The notes below the pieces were generated by a model. That model made no database searches and was not told the DNA's origin. It saw nothing but the letters and a program-made list of their open reading frames with translations. The position numbers were made by a program, and so were the translations under genes. This document shows positions 19,230-28,839 of a stretch of DNA of 64,000 nt, piece by piece. Source of the DNA: a virus; the IMG/VR virus record IMGVR_UViG_3300027126_000006; one strand, given 5' to 3'. How positions within the stretch are numbered: position 1 is the stretch's first letter; each line of letters starts with the position of its first letter.

Positions 19230-19442
19230 TTAGCCTATTTTCTTAAGAAGAGTTGCGATCATTTCTTTAAGCTCATCTACTTGAGTTTGAAGTTTACTGA
19301 TAGATGTCTTTTGTTCAAGTATACTGTCACGTTGCTTAACATATTTATCATACCCATCTCTATCGCTTACTATAATAGATCCATTACTAGCTCTATACAA
19401 CCCAGGAATTATATTTCCCTGATCATCTTTTACCCTCATCAT
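19230..19442 (-). CDS. Small conserved hypothetical protein following VrlC-like genes
   Basis: 'GLYR..NGSII..D...Y..Y...R' plus a C-terminal coiled coil. Confidence 0.65.
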   Translation of the reverse strand: MMRVKDDQGNIIPGLYRASNGSIIVSDRDGYDKYVKQRDSILEQKTSISKLQTQVDELKEMIATLLKKIG

Positions 19443-21679
19443 ACAATTACAATTACCCTATAACGATTGACAACTGGAACAATGGCGGGATTAACAGACC
19501 TCATTACGCATTTCAGATTGTATGTATCAAATGGTGTGATGTCATCTAAGTAAAAAGTATATTCGTAGAAGCTGTTGGGAGAGCTAGATTTATTACGATC
19601 GACATCACACGATAGCAACTGCCACTTAGCATCTTTGTGTTGTGTAGCTCCACCCGAAATGCTAGTTTTAATGTACCAGTCAACGCTTGTATCTCTCGTT
19701 GAATATAGATCAACAAGAAGACGCACCCCCGTAGATACATCCGTCAGGGTAATTGGTTTTGTGATGTACCTACTGTAAGCGTTTCCTACGTCATTCAAAA
19801 TTTCAGAATTTACAGCTGGATTCTCAATATCCTCATCATTTTGATTATTGATAGCATTGCCATACATTGTAAGTGTAGGTCTAGCTGCTAAACTAATAAT
19901 TGGCGATACGTTTGGGTTAGTTGTTGACATAGTAACTGCTAGCTTTACTGACTCATCTCCTGCACGCTGTAGTGCTTCATTACGAGTAGACATCATCAGA
20001 TTGGTAGTCGACGTGTCATATGGAAGTCTTATATTAAAATCACTATATGGATCTAGAACGCTGTCGGTACCTGCTATGTTTAGTACTGATTGGATATCAG
20101 TATCCTTATATATCTTATGGGTGATTGAAGGGACAATTCTGTGGACAGGTCTATTCATAGCAACGGAAAACACAGCATCAACAACAGCTTTTAGCTTGGC
20201 GTTGGATCCACTACCAGATGTAACTGTTACTGTAGGTGGAGACGTATATCCACTACCTGGATTTGTTATTACAACATCCGTTATCACTCCATTTGTTACT
20301 ACAGCAGTGGCAGTTGCAGTAGTGCCAGTTGGTGGTGGACTTACTGTAATAGAAGGTAGAGTGATGGAACTATATCCAGTACCACCATTTTCTATTGCTA
20401 TTTTTTGTAGGAATCCACAACTCTCAATAGTACCTGTACTCGTAGCAGTACCTGCTGATGCTGCAAACGAAAACCTATATGGATTAATAATTGTTATTCC
20501 AAAGTTGCCATTAAGGGCCGATCCGTTTAACCCGTTATATTTTGTCGCAGCTGTTGTGCTTGTTATAATTGATACTTCATCATTGATACGAAAGCCATGT
20601 TGGACAGGAGAAGTTACTGTTACAATGTTGCTGCCGCTTGTGGTAGAGAATGAACTACCATTCAAATACATATAGTTTGCGCTACCGACTAAACTGAGAC
20701 TAGAAGATCCTGTAGTGAATTGAGCAACGTTTAATTTGAACTTAATATCTTCTAATTGCTCAGCAGTCCATGTGATCTTATTTTCAGATTTGAACATCGA
20801 TCCGACAAACGGTTGTTCAAAGATCGTCTGCCCTGTTTCATTTGACTTTTCGCCCATCTTCGAGGTGAAGATGTTATACTTGTTGCTATTGGAGTGCACA
20901 ACAAAACAATAATCTCGGTCTTGCTCAAGATATGCGGGTTGCGGGAAAGTAAACTTAGTGGAGACAGAAGCATCCGAAGAGATGTTAATGTCAGCCGATG
21001 CCTTCCATGCAATGTAGTTTGTATTTGCTTGAGGTTTGGATGATGGATATCCATTGACCATTTCACGTATCTCAACAGACACAGGCACGGAAGGATCTTT
21101 TGTGTAGAACCAAAGTTCAATTGAGGTCAAGAAGCATCCGCCATCAACACCATATGTGAAGAATGATTGTGCAAGGGGATCGGATAGTTGTGGAGGCGGC
21201 TGGATGTATCGAGGAATCATCACAGGCGCTGGTGTTGGCTTTGTTACATACTTGTCTTGCGTTCGAACTACTTCTTGCACTCTAACAGTTGTATTGGTAA
21301 CTGTCGTTTGATATATTTCTTTTAATCCTAAGGTTGTAAATGTAGCTGATGCAGATCCATTAGTGTTACCGGCTACATCTAGTAACGCCAGGTCACTGAC
21401 GTCAGCTACAACAATATTACGCTTACCAACATTGAAGGTACCGGGTGGGATTCGAAGGGCAAATTGAGCAAATCCACTATTATCGGCAATCAGATTGCCA
21501 CCCTCCACTCCACCATTTGGAGTAACAAGATGGTTTACTGCTGTTCTGTCAAAAAACACGTACAGTTTGGAGTTAGGCCTAACTCCGTTTGCGGTGATTT
21601 TAAGTACCTGTGGTCTAATGAATGCAATAGCATTTACATTCACTAGTTCCCTGGTTGATGATGTTGTCGTAGTTGCCAT
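19439..21679 (-). CDS. VrlC/DUF4815-like virion protein, C-terminal half
   Basis: 'FIRPQ.L...A.GVRPNSKLYVFFD', 'DPLAQSFF', 'GSMFKSEN..TWTAEQ.EDIKF', 'SRYITKPITL', 'FYEYTF'. Confidence 0.75.
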   Translation of the reverse strand: MATTTTSSTRELVNVNAIAFIRPQVLKITANGVRPNSKLYVFFDRTAVNHLVTPNGGVEGGNLIADNSGFAQFALRIPPGTFNVGKRNIVVADVSDLALLDVAGNTNGSASATFTTLGLKEIYQTTVTNTTVRVQEVVRTQDKYVTKPTPAPVMIPRYIQPPPQLSDPLAQSFFTYGVDGGCFLTSIELWFYTKDPSVPVSVEIREMVNGYPSSKPQANTNYIAWKASADINISSDASVSTKFTFPQPAYLEQDRDYCFVVHSNSNKYNIFTSKMGEKSNETGQTIFEQPFVGSMFKSENKITWTAEQLEDIKFKLNVAQFTTGSSSLSLVGSANYMYLNGSSFSTTSGSNIVTVTSPVQHGFRINDEVSIITSTTAATKYNGLNGSALNGNFGITIINPYRFSFAASAGTATSTGTIESCGFLQKIAIENGGTGYSSITLPSITVSPPPTGTTATATAVVTNGVITDVVITNPGSGYTSPPTVTVTSGSGSNAKLKAVVDAVFSVAMNRPVHRIVPSITHKIYKDTDIQSVLNIAGTDSVLDPYSDFNIRLPYDTSTTNLMMSTRNEALQRAGDESVKLAVTMSTTNPNVSPIISLAARPTLTMYGNAINNQNDEDIENPAVNSEILNDVGNAYSRYITKPITLTDVSTGVRLLVDLYSTRDTSVDWYIKTSISGGATQHKDAKWQLLSCDVDRNKSSSPNSFYEYTFYLDDITPFDTYNLKCVMRSVNPAIVPVVNRYRVIVIV

Positions 21680-21732
21680 ATAGGTGCCTTGTGTTGTTCC
21701 TACTATTTATTTGATGGTTATATCTATCAAGA

Positions 21733-24700
21733 TCATTTATCTGTTGATATAAACAACCCTGTCACAAAGAACTGTATACACCTCCACGATACCTTCAAAG
21801 CAACTTTGGCATTGCGTTTTTTACCTGTGAAGAACTCCACAAAATCTTTGAATTCTTGATAGTATAGGTGAGCTGTGCCATTGTTAACAACACGACTACC
21901 GTGGAATCTATATCCTCTTCTAAAGGCCTCTCCCCACCATTTATGATGTAAGTTGTTTACACACCAAACTACTGCTTGTTGTTTTTCTTCTGGGGTAAAC
22001 GATCCCATTGACACAGCATGTGTTGCAATAACACATCCCCCACCTCCGCCATCACCACCACCTCCGCCATCACCACCACCTCCGCCATCGCCTCCTCCGT
22101 CACTACCCCCGCCACCATCTGCACCATCAGATCCGTTACTACCATCTGAACTAGCATCTGATGATGAATCGGAGGATGAATCAGCCGATACAGACACACT
22201 GGCATCACTAGTACTAGCATCAGCAGTATATCCGCCATCAGAAAGTCCTCCAATATCACCAATACCACCATCAAAAATAGGAGGAGGTTCCCAGAGTACT
22301 GGCATGGTGGGCGGATGTTCTATGAAGATTTGTAGTGGTTCTAGATACACATCATAATATATTGGAGCAGGTTCAGGAACATCAAGATATATTGTTCGCT
22401 CAACAAACTTCTCAACAGTTTGTGTTTGAATTACTTCATTGACTACTAGTGGTGCTTCTTCTGTAACAGTCCAAGTGTCCAGAGGTGGTACAATGTTCAG
22501 AGTACCATTCCAGGCTAGAATCATAAACGGTTGTAGGTTAGTGATTCTTGAACTTACTGGTTGTTGAGCTAAAACCCTTTCTACATAAGGTCTTGTGATC
22601 AAATTACCAGTGATCTGAAAGTTTCCGGTATTTGATTCTAATGCAAGATTACATTCGCTTCTTTCTCTTCCGGCATTTAAGCAGTTATTTGCAAATACAC
22701 TGTTGAACCCTGGAGCTGTGATGTCACCTATGGTCAATGGATAATTAAAGTCTTCGACTAAGAATCCCGTCTTAAATCTATCAAGCCCTGTAGCAGCATC
22801 AACAACATTATAGGTTCTTAAATTATTTTCCACCGCAGTTAATGTTGAAAACTGCTCAAGTTTATATACACGATTCTCAAGCCGGCCGATATCCGACATT
22901 GTATATCTTGTAGTGGCTCTCCGTCTTAGTGTTATCTTTTTAACATCCCAAGTGTAAGCAGGTACAAAAATTGATGCTAGAACATACAATCCTTGTTTAA
23001 CAGGAGGATCAGAGGGTACATCAGACGGTGTTCCTTGAATTACACTTATCTCTCCCATCTTATCCACAACCACATGATCTCTTCTTGGCACGTAGTAATT
23101 GATGCCTGAAGACTGAATAAAGTAGTCGTTAGCTAAGGTGCTAGCAATATGAGCTCCTGTCCCTGTGAAGGTGCCGTTTGTTCCTACTGATGGTCTAAAG
23201 TCCAGACACTTGAGTAAGTTGAAGGTTCGACCTGAAGCCGACGCCTTATAAGTGGTACCATACTTCTCCCCACTGACCCCGGCATAACTATTGATAGAGA
23301 AATAATCACCGGCACCGTGGGAATAATAATCATAAGTGATTGACAACGTGCCTTGAGGGGCTGGTTTACCTGGTTTGAGGTTTAGAATACCTCTCAAGTA
23401 TGCGTAATCTCGCTGCCCATTATCAAGTGTAAAATTATCTGTGATGTTAGTTGTTACACTGAGGTATGTTTGTGTGATGGATACAATTTTGATCACATCA
23501 TTGTGGAGCAATGTAATCCTAGATCCAATTACACCAGTGCCATTGTTAACTAGATTAATTGCATCACCGCCAGCAGTAGTTGCTAGTTGGAAGGTATCAA
23601 GTGTTGCATTTTTTACGTAGTATACAGTACCGGCAGTTATCCCCGTAGTAGTCGTTATGCTACTGAACGTAATCGGAGATCCATTAACAAACTCATGCGA
23701 CGCAAGAGTCACAAGATTAGTAGAATCTGTAAATGTAACGTTGCTTAACGTAGCAGATTCTGTAAAGTTAGCAACAAGAGTTTTTGTCGCAGGGTTTGCA
23801 CTTACTTTACTAAGTACGTAAATTGTAACTGTTTCACTTCCTGCTGTTGGATTGTACCCATTCATTTGAATCGTTGATGAGTTAACGCCCGAACTATATA
23901 CCGTAAAGTACGTGGTTGGAATGATACCTGTAGTTGCGTTGTTAGGTCCCGTCTTGTTGCTAACAGCGACCAATATACCGGGTTCAATAGCCGGAACTTC
24001 TCCATCGACTGTAAAGCTACCATTCAGTCCTGTACCATACGTGATTGTAGCAGTAGTATTTTGCCATGCATAATATGTGATACCAGGAGCCGATTGCACT
24101 TCTGCTACAGGTAGAGGAAAAATATAGTTACTTCGACCTACGGATGATAATTGAACAACATCAGTTACTGTGCTTACAACCTTTCCTGCTTCATTAACGC
24201 TAGCGCCGTTTGTTACACTATCGTGTAATTGTAATGGGGCTAAGGATGCAGTAGATTTATGAGCATATACCTCATCCGTAGATATATTGTGGTATCCTAC
24301 AGTAACTCTTCGAAGTGGAGTTGTTCCATCAGACCCATAGTGGGTCAAGTTGGTTCCATATGCAAACTGAAATCCATTAGATGCTATAGTATATTTGTAT
24401 AACACCTTAGCTGCAAAGTTAGCTAACCCTGTTGTTGCTCTAATACCTCCAACATCATCAAATCCCTTACCAGCCTCAAACGTAACATCATACACCCAAA
24501 GTTTATAAACAGCATGGGTTGTTTGATCGCCATCATGATAATCAAACGCCATCACTTTAGCTGAACCTACAAGAGTAGGTGATCCTACTGTGACATCACT
24601 TGTATTATAGAGATTAACTGTTGTTCTTTGTTTTGGATTGATGGTAGACCCAAACATATCGGTAACAAAGAAGTACTGACCATACTCTGGCTTGAATGAT

Positions 24701-25782
24701 ATCGCTTTAGTCTTTATGTGTGCTGCGGTTCTACCTTTAGGTACTTGTATCAATCTTTGGTATAAGTTATCAACTTCAAAGCCTTCAATATATGCTTTTC
24801 CAGGAGAGACTTTAACCACAAAGTTATCTGCATTGCCAGTTGGCGCATCGTATACTCCGCCATTTTTACCAACACGTAGACTTTCTGTTACAGAGCATCG
24901 TAATCCATTAACCACGTAGTTACCAGACTCATCGTATGTTCTACGAGCAAGAGATTTTTCAAGTTCATTGTATTTTGCGTACCGAAGATGTTCTTCAAGG
25001 ACACCTTCTCTATATCTCATCAGTTCAATATAGTCGTTGCTAATTGTACTTTCATATGGGAGTGTGGTAAGAGTCAGTTTAATTTTATATCGATCTGCAC
25101 CTGGAGCAGCGTAGTTGAAGCTACCTTGGGCAGGATCCAGGAGAGTACCATCATCATCAACAGTAACAACACTCTCGGTGATTTGGAGTAAGACGTGACA
25201 ATCTGGTGTTTGAGTATACTTTGATATTACAACCGATTGTTTATCGACCGTTACAAATGTTCCTCTTGTGTAAAATACACCTTCATTCACAAATGCTAGC
25301 GATCCTATTCCAGTTGCTGCGGTGGCAGCAACGGTGGCTGTGATAGAAGGAGAGTCTTCAATCTCAATTCCTTCTCCAGCTGTAAAACTCAGTGCACCTG
25401 AACTACTACCACTAACGTAACTAACATAAAAAGTAATTGGATCGGCACCGCTTAAGTCTACAGTCTTCCTCACATAAGCTCTTACGCCTGATGTCACACC
25501 TTCGATAATTTTACCTTCAAATGAACTAAGCGATACGCCTGATCCTAACGAAGCTATTTTTACATAAGGTGCATTTGTATCCCCGTAACAATTCCCCGGT
25601 ATGACAACAGATCCCTCTTGAAATACGTGGTTGCCAAACTTTTCTATCTGGCCCCGTAGTATAGTTTGCATCTGAGTAAGTTCGCGTGCTTGAACAGCGT
25701 ACCCAGGCTTAAACAATACCTGATGGAAATTCTTTTGTTCATCAAAGTCATCATAGTAAGGGGCAGTATTGAATGTTTTCAT
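21733..25782 (-). CDS. VrlC/DUF4815-like virion protein, N-terminal half, with Gly/Asp-rich linker and Cys-initiated C-terminal domain
   Basis: 'FNTAPYYDDFDE.KNFH.VLFKPG.AVQARELTQ.QTIL', 'APGADR', 'LARRTYDESGNY', 'LDFRP', 'GLDRFKTGF.VE.F'. Confidence 0.8.
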   Translation of the reverse strand: MKTFNTAPYYDDFDEQKNFHQVLFKPGYAVQARELTQMQTILRGQIEKFGNHVFQEGSVVIPGNCYGDTNAPYVKIASLGSGVSLSSFEGKIIEGVTSGVRAYVRKTVDLSGADPITFYVSYVSGSSSGALSFTAGEGIEIEDSPSITATVAATAATGIGSLAFVNEGVFYTRGTFVTVDKQSVVISKYTQTPDCHVLLQITESVVTVDDDGTLLDPAQGSFNYAAPGADRYKIKLTLTTLPYESTISNDYIELMRYREGVLEEHLRYAKYNELEKSLARRTYDESGNYVVNGLRCSVTESLRVGKNGGVYDAPTGNADNFVVKVSPGKAYIEGFEVDNLYQRLIQVPKGRTAAHIKTKAISFKPEYGQYFFVTDMFGSTINPKQRTTVNLYNTSDVTVGSPTLVGSAKVMAFDYHDGDQTTHAVYKLWVYDVTFEAGKGFDDVGGIRATTGLANFAAKVLYKYTIASNGFQFAYGTNLTHYGSDGTTPLRRVTVGYHNISTDEVYAHKSTASLAPLQLHDSVTNGASVNEAGKVVSTVTDVVQLSSVGRSNYIFPLPVAEVQSAPGITYYAWQNTTATITYGTGLNGSFTVDGEVPAIEPGILVAVSNKTGPNNATTGIIPTTYFTVYSSGVNSSTIQMNGYNPTAGSETVTIYVLSKVSANPATKTLVANFTESATLSNVTFTDSTNLVTLASHEFVNGSPITFSSITTTTGITAGTVYYVKNATLDTFQLATTAGGDAINLVNNGTGVIGSRITLLHNDVIKIVSITQTYLSVTTNITDNFTLDNGQRDYAYLRGILNLKPGKPAPQGTLSITYDYYSHGAGDYFSINSYAGVSGEKYGTTYKASASGRTFNLLKCLDFRPSVGTNGTFTGTGAHIASTLANDYFIQSSGINYYVPRRDHVVVDKMGEISVIQGTPSDVPSDPPVKQGLYVLASIFVPAYTWDVKKITLRRRATTRYTMSDIGRLENRVYKLEQFSTLTAVENNLRTYNVVDAATGLDRFKTGFLVEDFNYPLTIGDITAPGFNSVFANNCLNAGRERSECNLALESNTGNFQITGNLITRPYVERVLAQQPVSSRITNLQPFMILAWNGTLNIVPPLDTWTVTEEAPLVVNEVIQTQTVEKFVERTIYLDVPEPAPIYYDVYLEPLQIFIEHPPTMPVLWEPPPIFDGGIGDIGGLSDGGYTADASTSDASVSVSADSSSDSSSDASSDGSNGSDGADGGGGSDGGGDGGGGGDGGGGGDGGGGGCVIATHAVSMGSFTPEEKQQAVVWCVNNLHHKWWGEAFRRGYRFHGSRVVNNGTAHLYYQEFKDFVEFFTGKKRNAKVALKVSWRCIQFFVTGLFISTDK

Positions 25783-25783
25783 A

Positions 25784-28336
25784 TTAGAATGTTAAGTAGG
25801 TTCTAACAGCCAAAGCTGATGTTGATGAAGGAGTGAATGTAGTTCTGTTTGTGACATATAGTAGATTACCGGAATATTTATCCAGAGTCGGAACGAAAGT
25901 TACAGCAGATACTGTGTATGTCTGAGACGGATTAGATTCACGAGATATCACGCTACCAGGAGGTGGCGTATATTCAATATTACCAAGCAATTGTAACTTT
26001 ATTGTAGTTCCTGATTTAGATATTACTCTAAACCGATGGGTATTGCACACGACAATTTCATCAACCAGAAAGTTATTTGGTGCACTTGTCATCACAACAT
26101 CATACGCCGCAATGATAGATTGAAAGGCAATCTTTTGAAATGTGTTGATGTCAGTTGGGTTTTCAATTAATCCAAATTGCCTATAATCTTGTGTGAGTGC
26201 ATTAAGAGCAATATCATCATCTCTAATTAAGCTATATACTGCAACGGTATCAGCATATAGTTCCTTCATAGCATCAGCGCCATGTCCTCCAGGTGGCGGG
26301 AGTACGGCATAAGCTTTGACATTTATATTAGGCACCCCAAGTCTTAGAGAGTCAGTAAAAGTCAAATTTGCGTATGTATATCCACTTCCTTTGTTTGTTA
26401 CATCAATCCTTGTAATCTTACCATCAACGACTGTACATGTAGCGGTGGCCCCTACACCATCTCCAGTAATTGCTACTGTTGTACCATTACCAGTACTGTA
26501 GCCTGTACCACCATTGACAATATTAAACCCGGTAACTAAACCACTAATATTAACGATTGGAGTAATGTCTGCGTTAAATCCATCACCCGTCACAGTTACC
26601 GTAGTTCCGGATGTTCCGTATCCCGATCCACTATTCACTAAAGTAACACCTGTGATAACTCCGCCTGTAATGATTGGCGTTGCCAATGCACCTGTTCCTG
26701 TTCCATTGATGGTGAGAACAGTTTTAGCGTGATATCCCGTGCCACCTGCTGCAATTATTCCCGTTCCATTGTTAACTAGGTCAATTGTAGCTCCGCCGGC
26801 AGTTAGTGACAATTCGAATGTATTTGCAGTAGCAGATTTGATGTAATATACTGTATTTGCAGTAATCCCAGTGGTAGTTGTTATTGAGCTAAACCTGATT
26901 GGGGAATCGTTAACAAATCCATGCGATTCGAGTGTCACTAGGTTTGTTGTTCCGTTAAAAGTAACATTTCCGCCTGGAGCAACTTTGATTGTGTATATCT
27001 CCCCTGGAATGGCCGTTTGTTCTACATCAGATTGATTAGATGCATAGTCCGCTCCACTAATCACAGCTGAACAGAATGCAGGAGTAGTACTTACTCCAGT
27101 AACCACTAAATTAATATATGAGTAGTCTTGACCGGTAGTACTAACAACAACGTCCACCAACTGGCCGTTATAGATTACAGGAGTGAAGGCAGCACCTTGA
27201 CCATCACCAGTTGAGACTATAGCAGCTCCTGATGAATTTGTTGGATATCCAATACCTGGATCTTCAATATAGATATAGTCGATACGACCATCCTTTATCT
27301 TAGCCCACACTTTTGCTGAGATATTACCTGGGTATTTGGCAGTTCCACCAGCAAGAGATGTTACAGATAGTGTCGGTGCTACGGTCCACCCTGTTCCTGC
27401 ATCAATTACCTTAATTTGTTGTATAGTGCCTGCGCTATCAACCCCAGGGATTAGTATTGGGTTAGCCCCAGCTTTAGCAGTACCTGTACCATCAGTGATT
27501 AAGTTTATAGCAGACCCAGTTGGTGTAGCAGCTAATTGAAAGTAATTGGGAGTTGAGTTGATGACGTAGTACCGCGTGTTGATCGATATACCAGTAGTTG
27601 ACGTGATTGCGGAAAATTCTACTTGCATCCCATTAGAGTATCCATGGGATGTCCAATTCACTCTATTAGTCGAGTCTGTGAATGTGACAGAACCTCCAGG
27701 TAGTTTAGTACCGCCTGAAATATCTATTGATGTCTGTATAGTTCCAGAATATCCTGAACCACTATCTGTAACGATAACTTCTTCAATTGCTCCCCTAGTA
27801 TAGAAGGAGTCAGAAAGAGACTTTTGAACTGGCATCTTACCGCGCGACAAGAACTTCTGCCGCTTAAATGATGGTATGTTATACATATACTTCCACACAT
27901 ACCCATCAGTCAAGTATAGTAAAAAGTTAGTATTTCCTACACCAGTTGGCTTGATGGTGGAAGGAGCTCCATTATTGTTATACAGGCATTTGTATACGTT
28001 ATACTCATCTTCTTCACCATCTGTCACACAATAGAAATTTACACCTTTCATTACCGCTGTGTGATCCCACTCCGCAAACACCGTACCAGATCCCCACGAA
28101 TGGCTTTGCGTCACTGCTGAAATTTCTGATGGTATTACTTTTCTGAGGAATAACATACCATCACGCACATCATTATCATTAATCAAAGCATCATTAGCTT
28201 CCTCTGGAATAGTGTCTGATACACTCCAGGGTTGTGTTCTACCGAGAAAGTAGTAGTAATTTGATCGCTGACGATAGATGTCATTCAACAGTCTAGTGCA
28301 TAGACTCGTTTTAAATTCCGGACGAATGTTTGCCAT
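25784..28336 (-). CDS. gp8: Baseplate wedge subunit gp8-like
   Basis: 'YYYFLGRTQPW', 'NFYCVT...YNVYKCLYNNNG.PST.KP', 'DGYVWKYMY', 'PPGGHG.DA..EL', 'DYRQFGLIENP', 'YSGNLLYVTNR'. Confidence 0.85.
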   Translation of the reverse strand: MANIRPEFKTSLCTRLLNDIYRQRSNYYYFLGRTQPWSVSDTIPEEANDALINDNDVRDGMLFLRKVIPSEISAVTQSHSWGSGTVFAEWDHTAVMKGVNFYCVTDGEEDEYNVYKCLYNNNGAPSTIKPTGVGNTNFLLYLTDGYVWKYMYNIPSFKRQKFLSRGKMPVQKSLSDSFYTRGAIEEVIVTDSGSGYSGTIQTSIDISGGTKLPGGSVTFTDSTNRVNWTSHGYSNGMQVEFSAITSTTGISINTRYYVINSTPNYFQLAATPTGSAINLITDGTGTAKAGANPILIPGVDSAGTIQQIKVIDAGTGWTVAPTLSVTSLAGGTAKYPGNISAKVWAKIKDGRIDYIYIEDPGIGYPTNSSGAAIVSTGDGQGAAFTPVIYNGQLVDVVVSTTGQDYSYINLVVTGVSTTPAFCSAVISGADYASNQSDVEQTAIPGEIYTIKVAPGGNVTFNGTTNLVTLESHGFVNDSPIRFSSITTTTGITANTVYYIKSATANTFELSLTAGGATIDLVNNGTGIIAAGGTGYHAKTVLTINGTGTGALATPIITGGVITGVTLVNSGSGYGTSGTTVTVTGDGFNADITPIVNISGLVTGFNIVNGGTGYSTGNGTTVAITGDGVGATATCTVVDGKITRIDVTNKGSGYTYANLTFTDSLRLGVPNINVKAYAVLPPPGGHGADAMKELYADTVAVYSLIRDDDIALNALTQDYRQFGLIENPTDINTFQKIAFQSIIAAYDVVMTSAPNNFLVDEIVVCNTHRFRVISKSGTTIKLQLLGNIEYTPPPGSVISRESNPSQTYTVSAVTFVPTLDKYSGNLLYVTNRTTFTPSSTSALAVRTYLTF

Positions 28337-28345
28337 ATTCTGCTA

Positions 28346-28828
28346 TCAGTTGATTGTCACGTTCCAGTTAATCGTAAGAGTGTCGGCAGCTTCCTTGGCC
28401 ACTGCACCAAATACTGTTCTACATAACATCGTACCACTGTTGATAGCACTGCTATTGAAGAGGCCGGCCTCTCTAAGAGCAGCATTGGTACCCTCACCAG
28501 GAGCAAAGATTGCTTGGAATGAAGCTACGTTATTTGAACTTGATGTAGTGCTGAAAGCTTTACGTGTGCTGGCCACTGAACCGGAGGTAATTTCTGCTTC
28601 AAGTCCAGTATTAGCGGCTGCCGGTGCTGTGCTACCAGTGCCTAGACCCATATGAGACATCGCATTATTAATAGTTGTTCCTTTAGCCAAATAGTTGGCC
28701 ATCACATTTTTACCTGCTGTTACAATCAGGTTTGGAATATAGATATGTTGTTTAACATTCTGAGAAGGCCCTAGAAGGATGATTTCTAGCTCACCCTTCA
28801 TTGTGAATAGTTCGTTAATGTTGGACAT
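28346..28828 (-). CDS. Conserved baseplate/tail-associated protein
   Basis: 'NLIVTAGK...SHMGLGTG..A...T.L..E...F..GEG...LREAGLFN...GTMLCRTVF..V.K...DTL.I.W'; lies between gp7 and gp8. Confidence 0.7.
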   Translation of the reverse strand: MSNINELFTMKGELEIILLGPSQNVKQHIYIPNLIVTAGKNVMANYLAKGTTINNAMSHMGLGTGSTAPAAANTGLEAEITSGSVASTRKAFSTTSSSNNVASFQAIFAPGEGTNAALREAGLFNSSAINSGTMLCRTVFGAVAKEAADTLTINWNVTIN

Positions 28829-28839
28829 TGGTATGCTCC

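Noticed and set aside
16605-20675. Long antisense ORFs (371, 249, 172 and 275 aa)
   Set aside because: Shadow frames of Thr/Gly/Ser-rich structural genes, with mirror Val/Pro-rich composition.
21733-22040. Canonical intein at the C-terminus of the DUF4815-like protein
   Set aside because: It starts with Cys but has no TxxH block and no terminal His-Asn; kept only as an unknown Cys-initiated domain.
22035-22125. CCA/CCG-rich microsatellite-like tract
   Set aside because: Encodes the in-frame (GDGGGG)n linker; no sign of phase variation.
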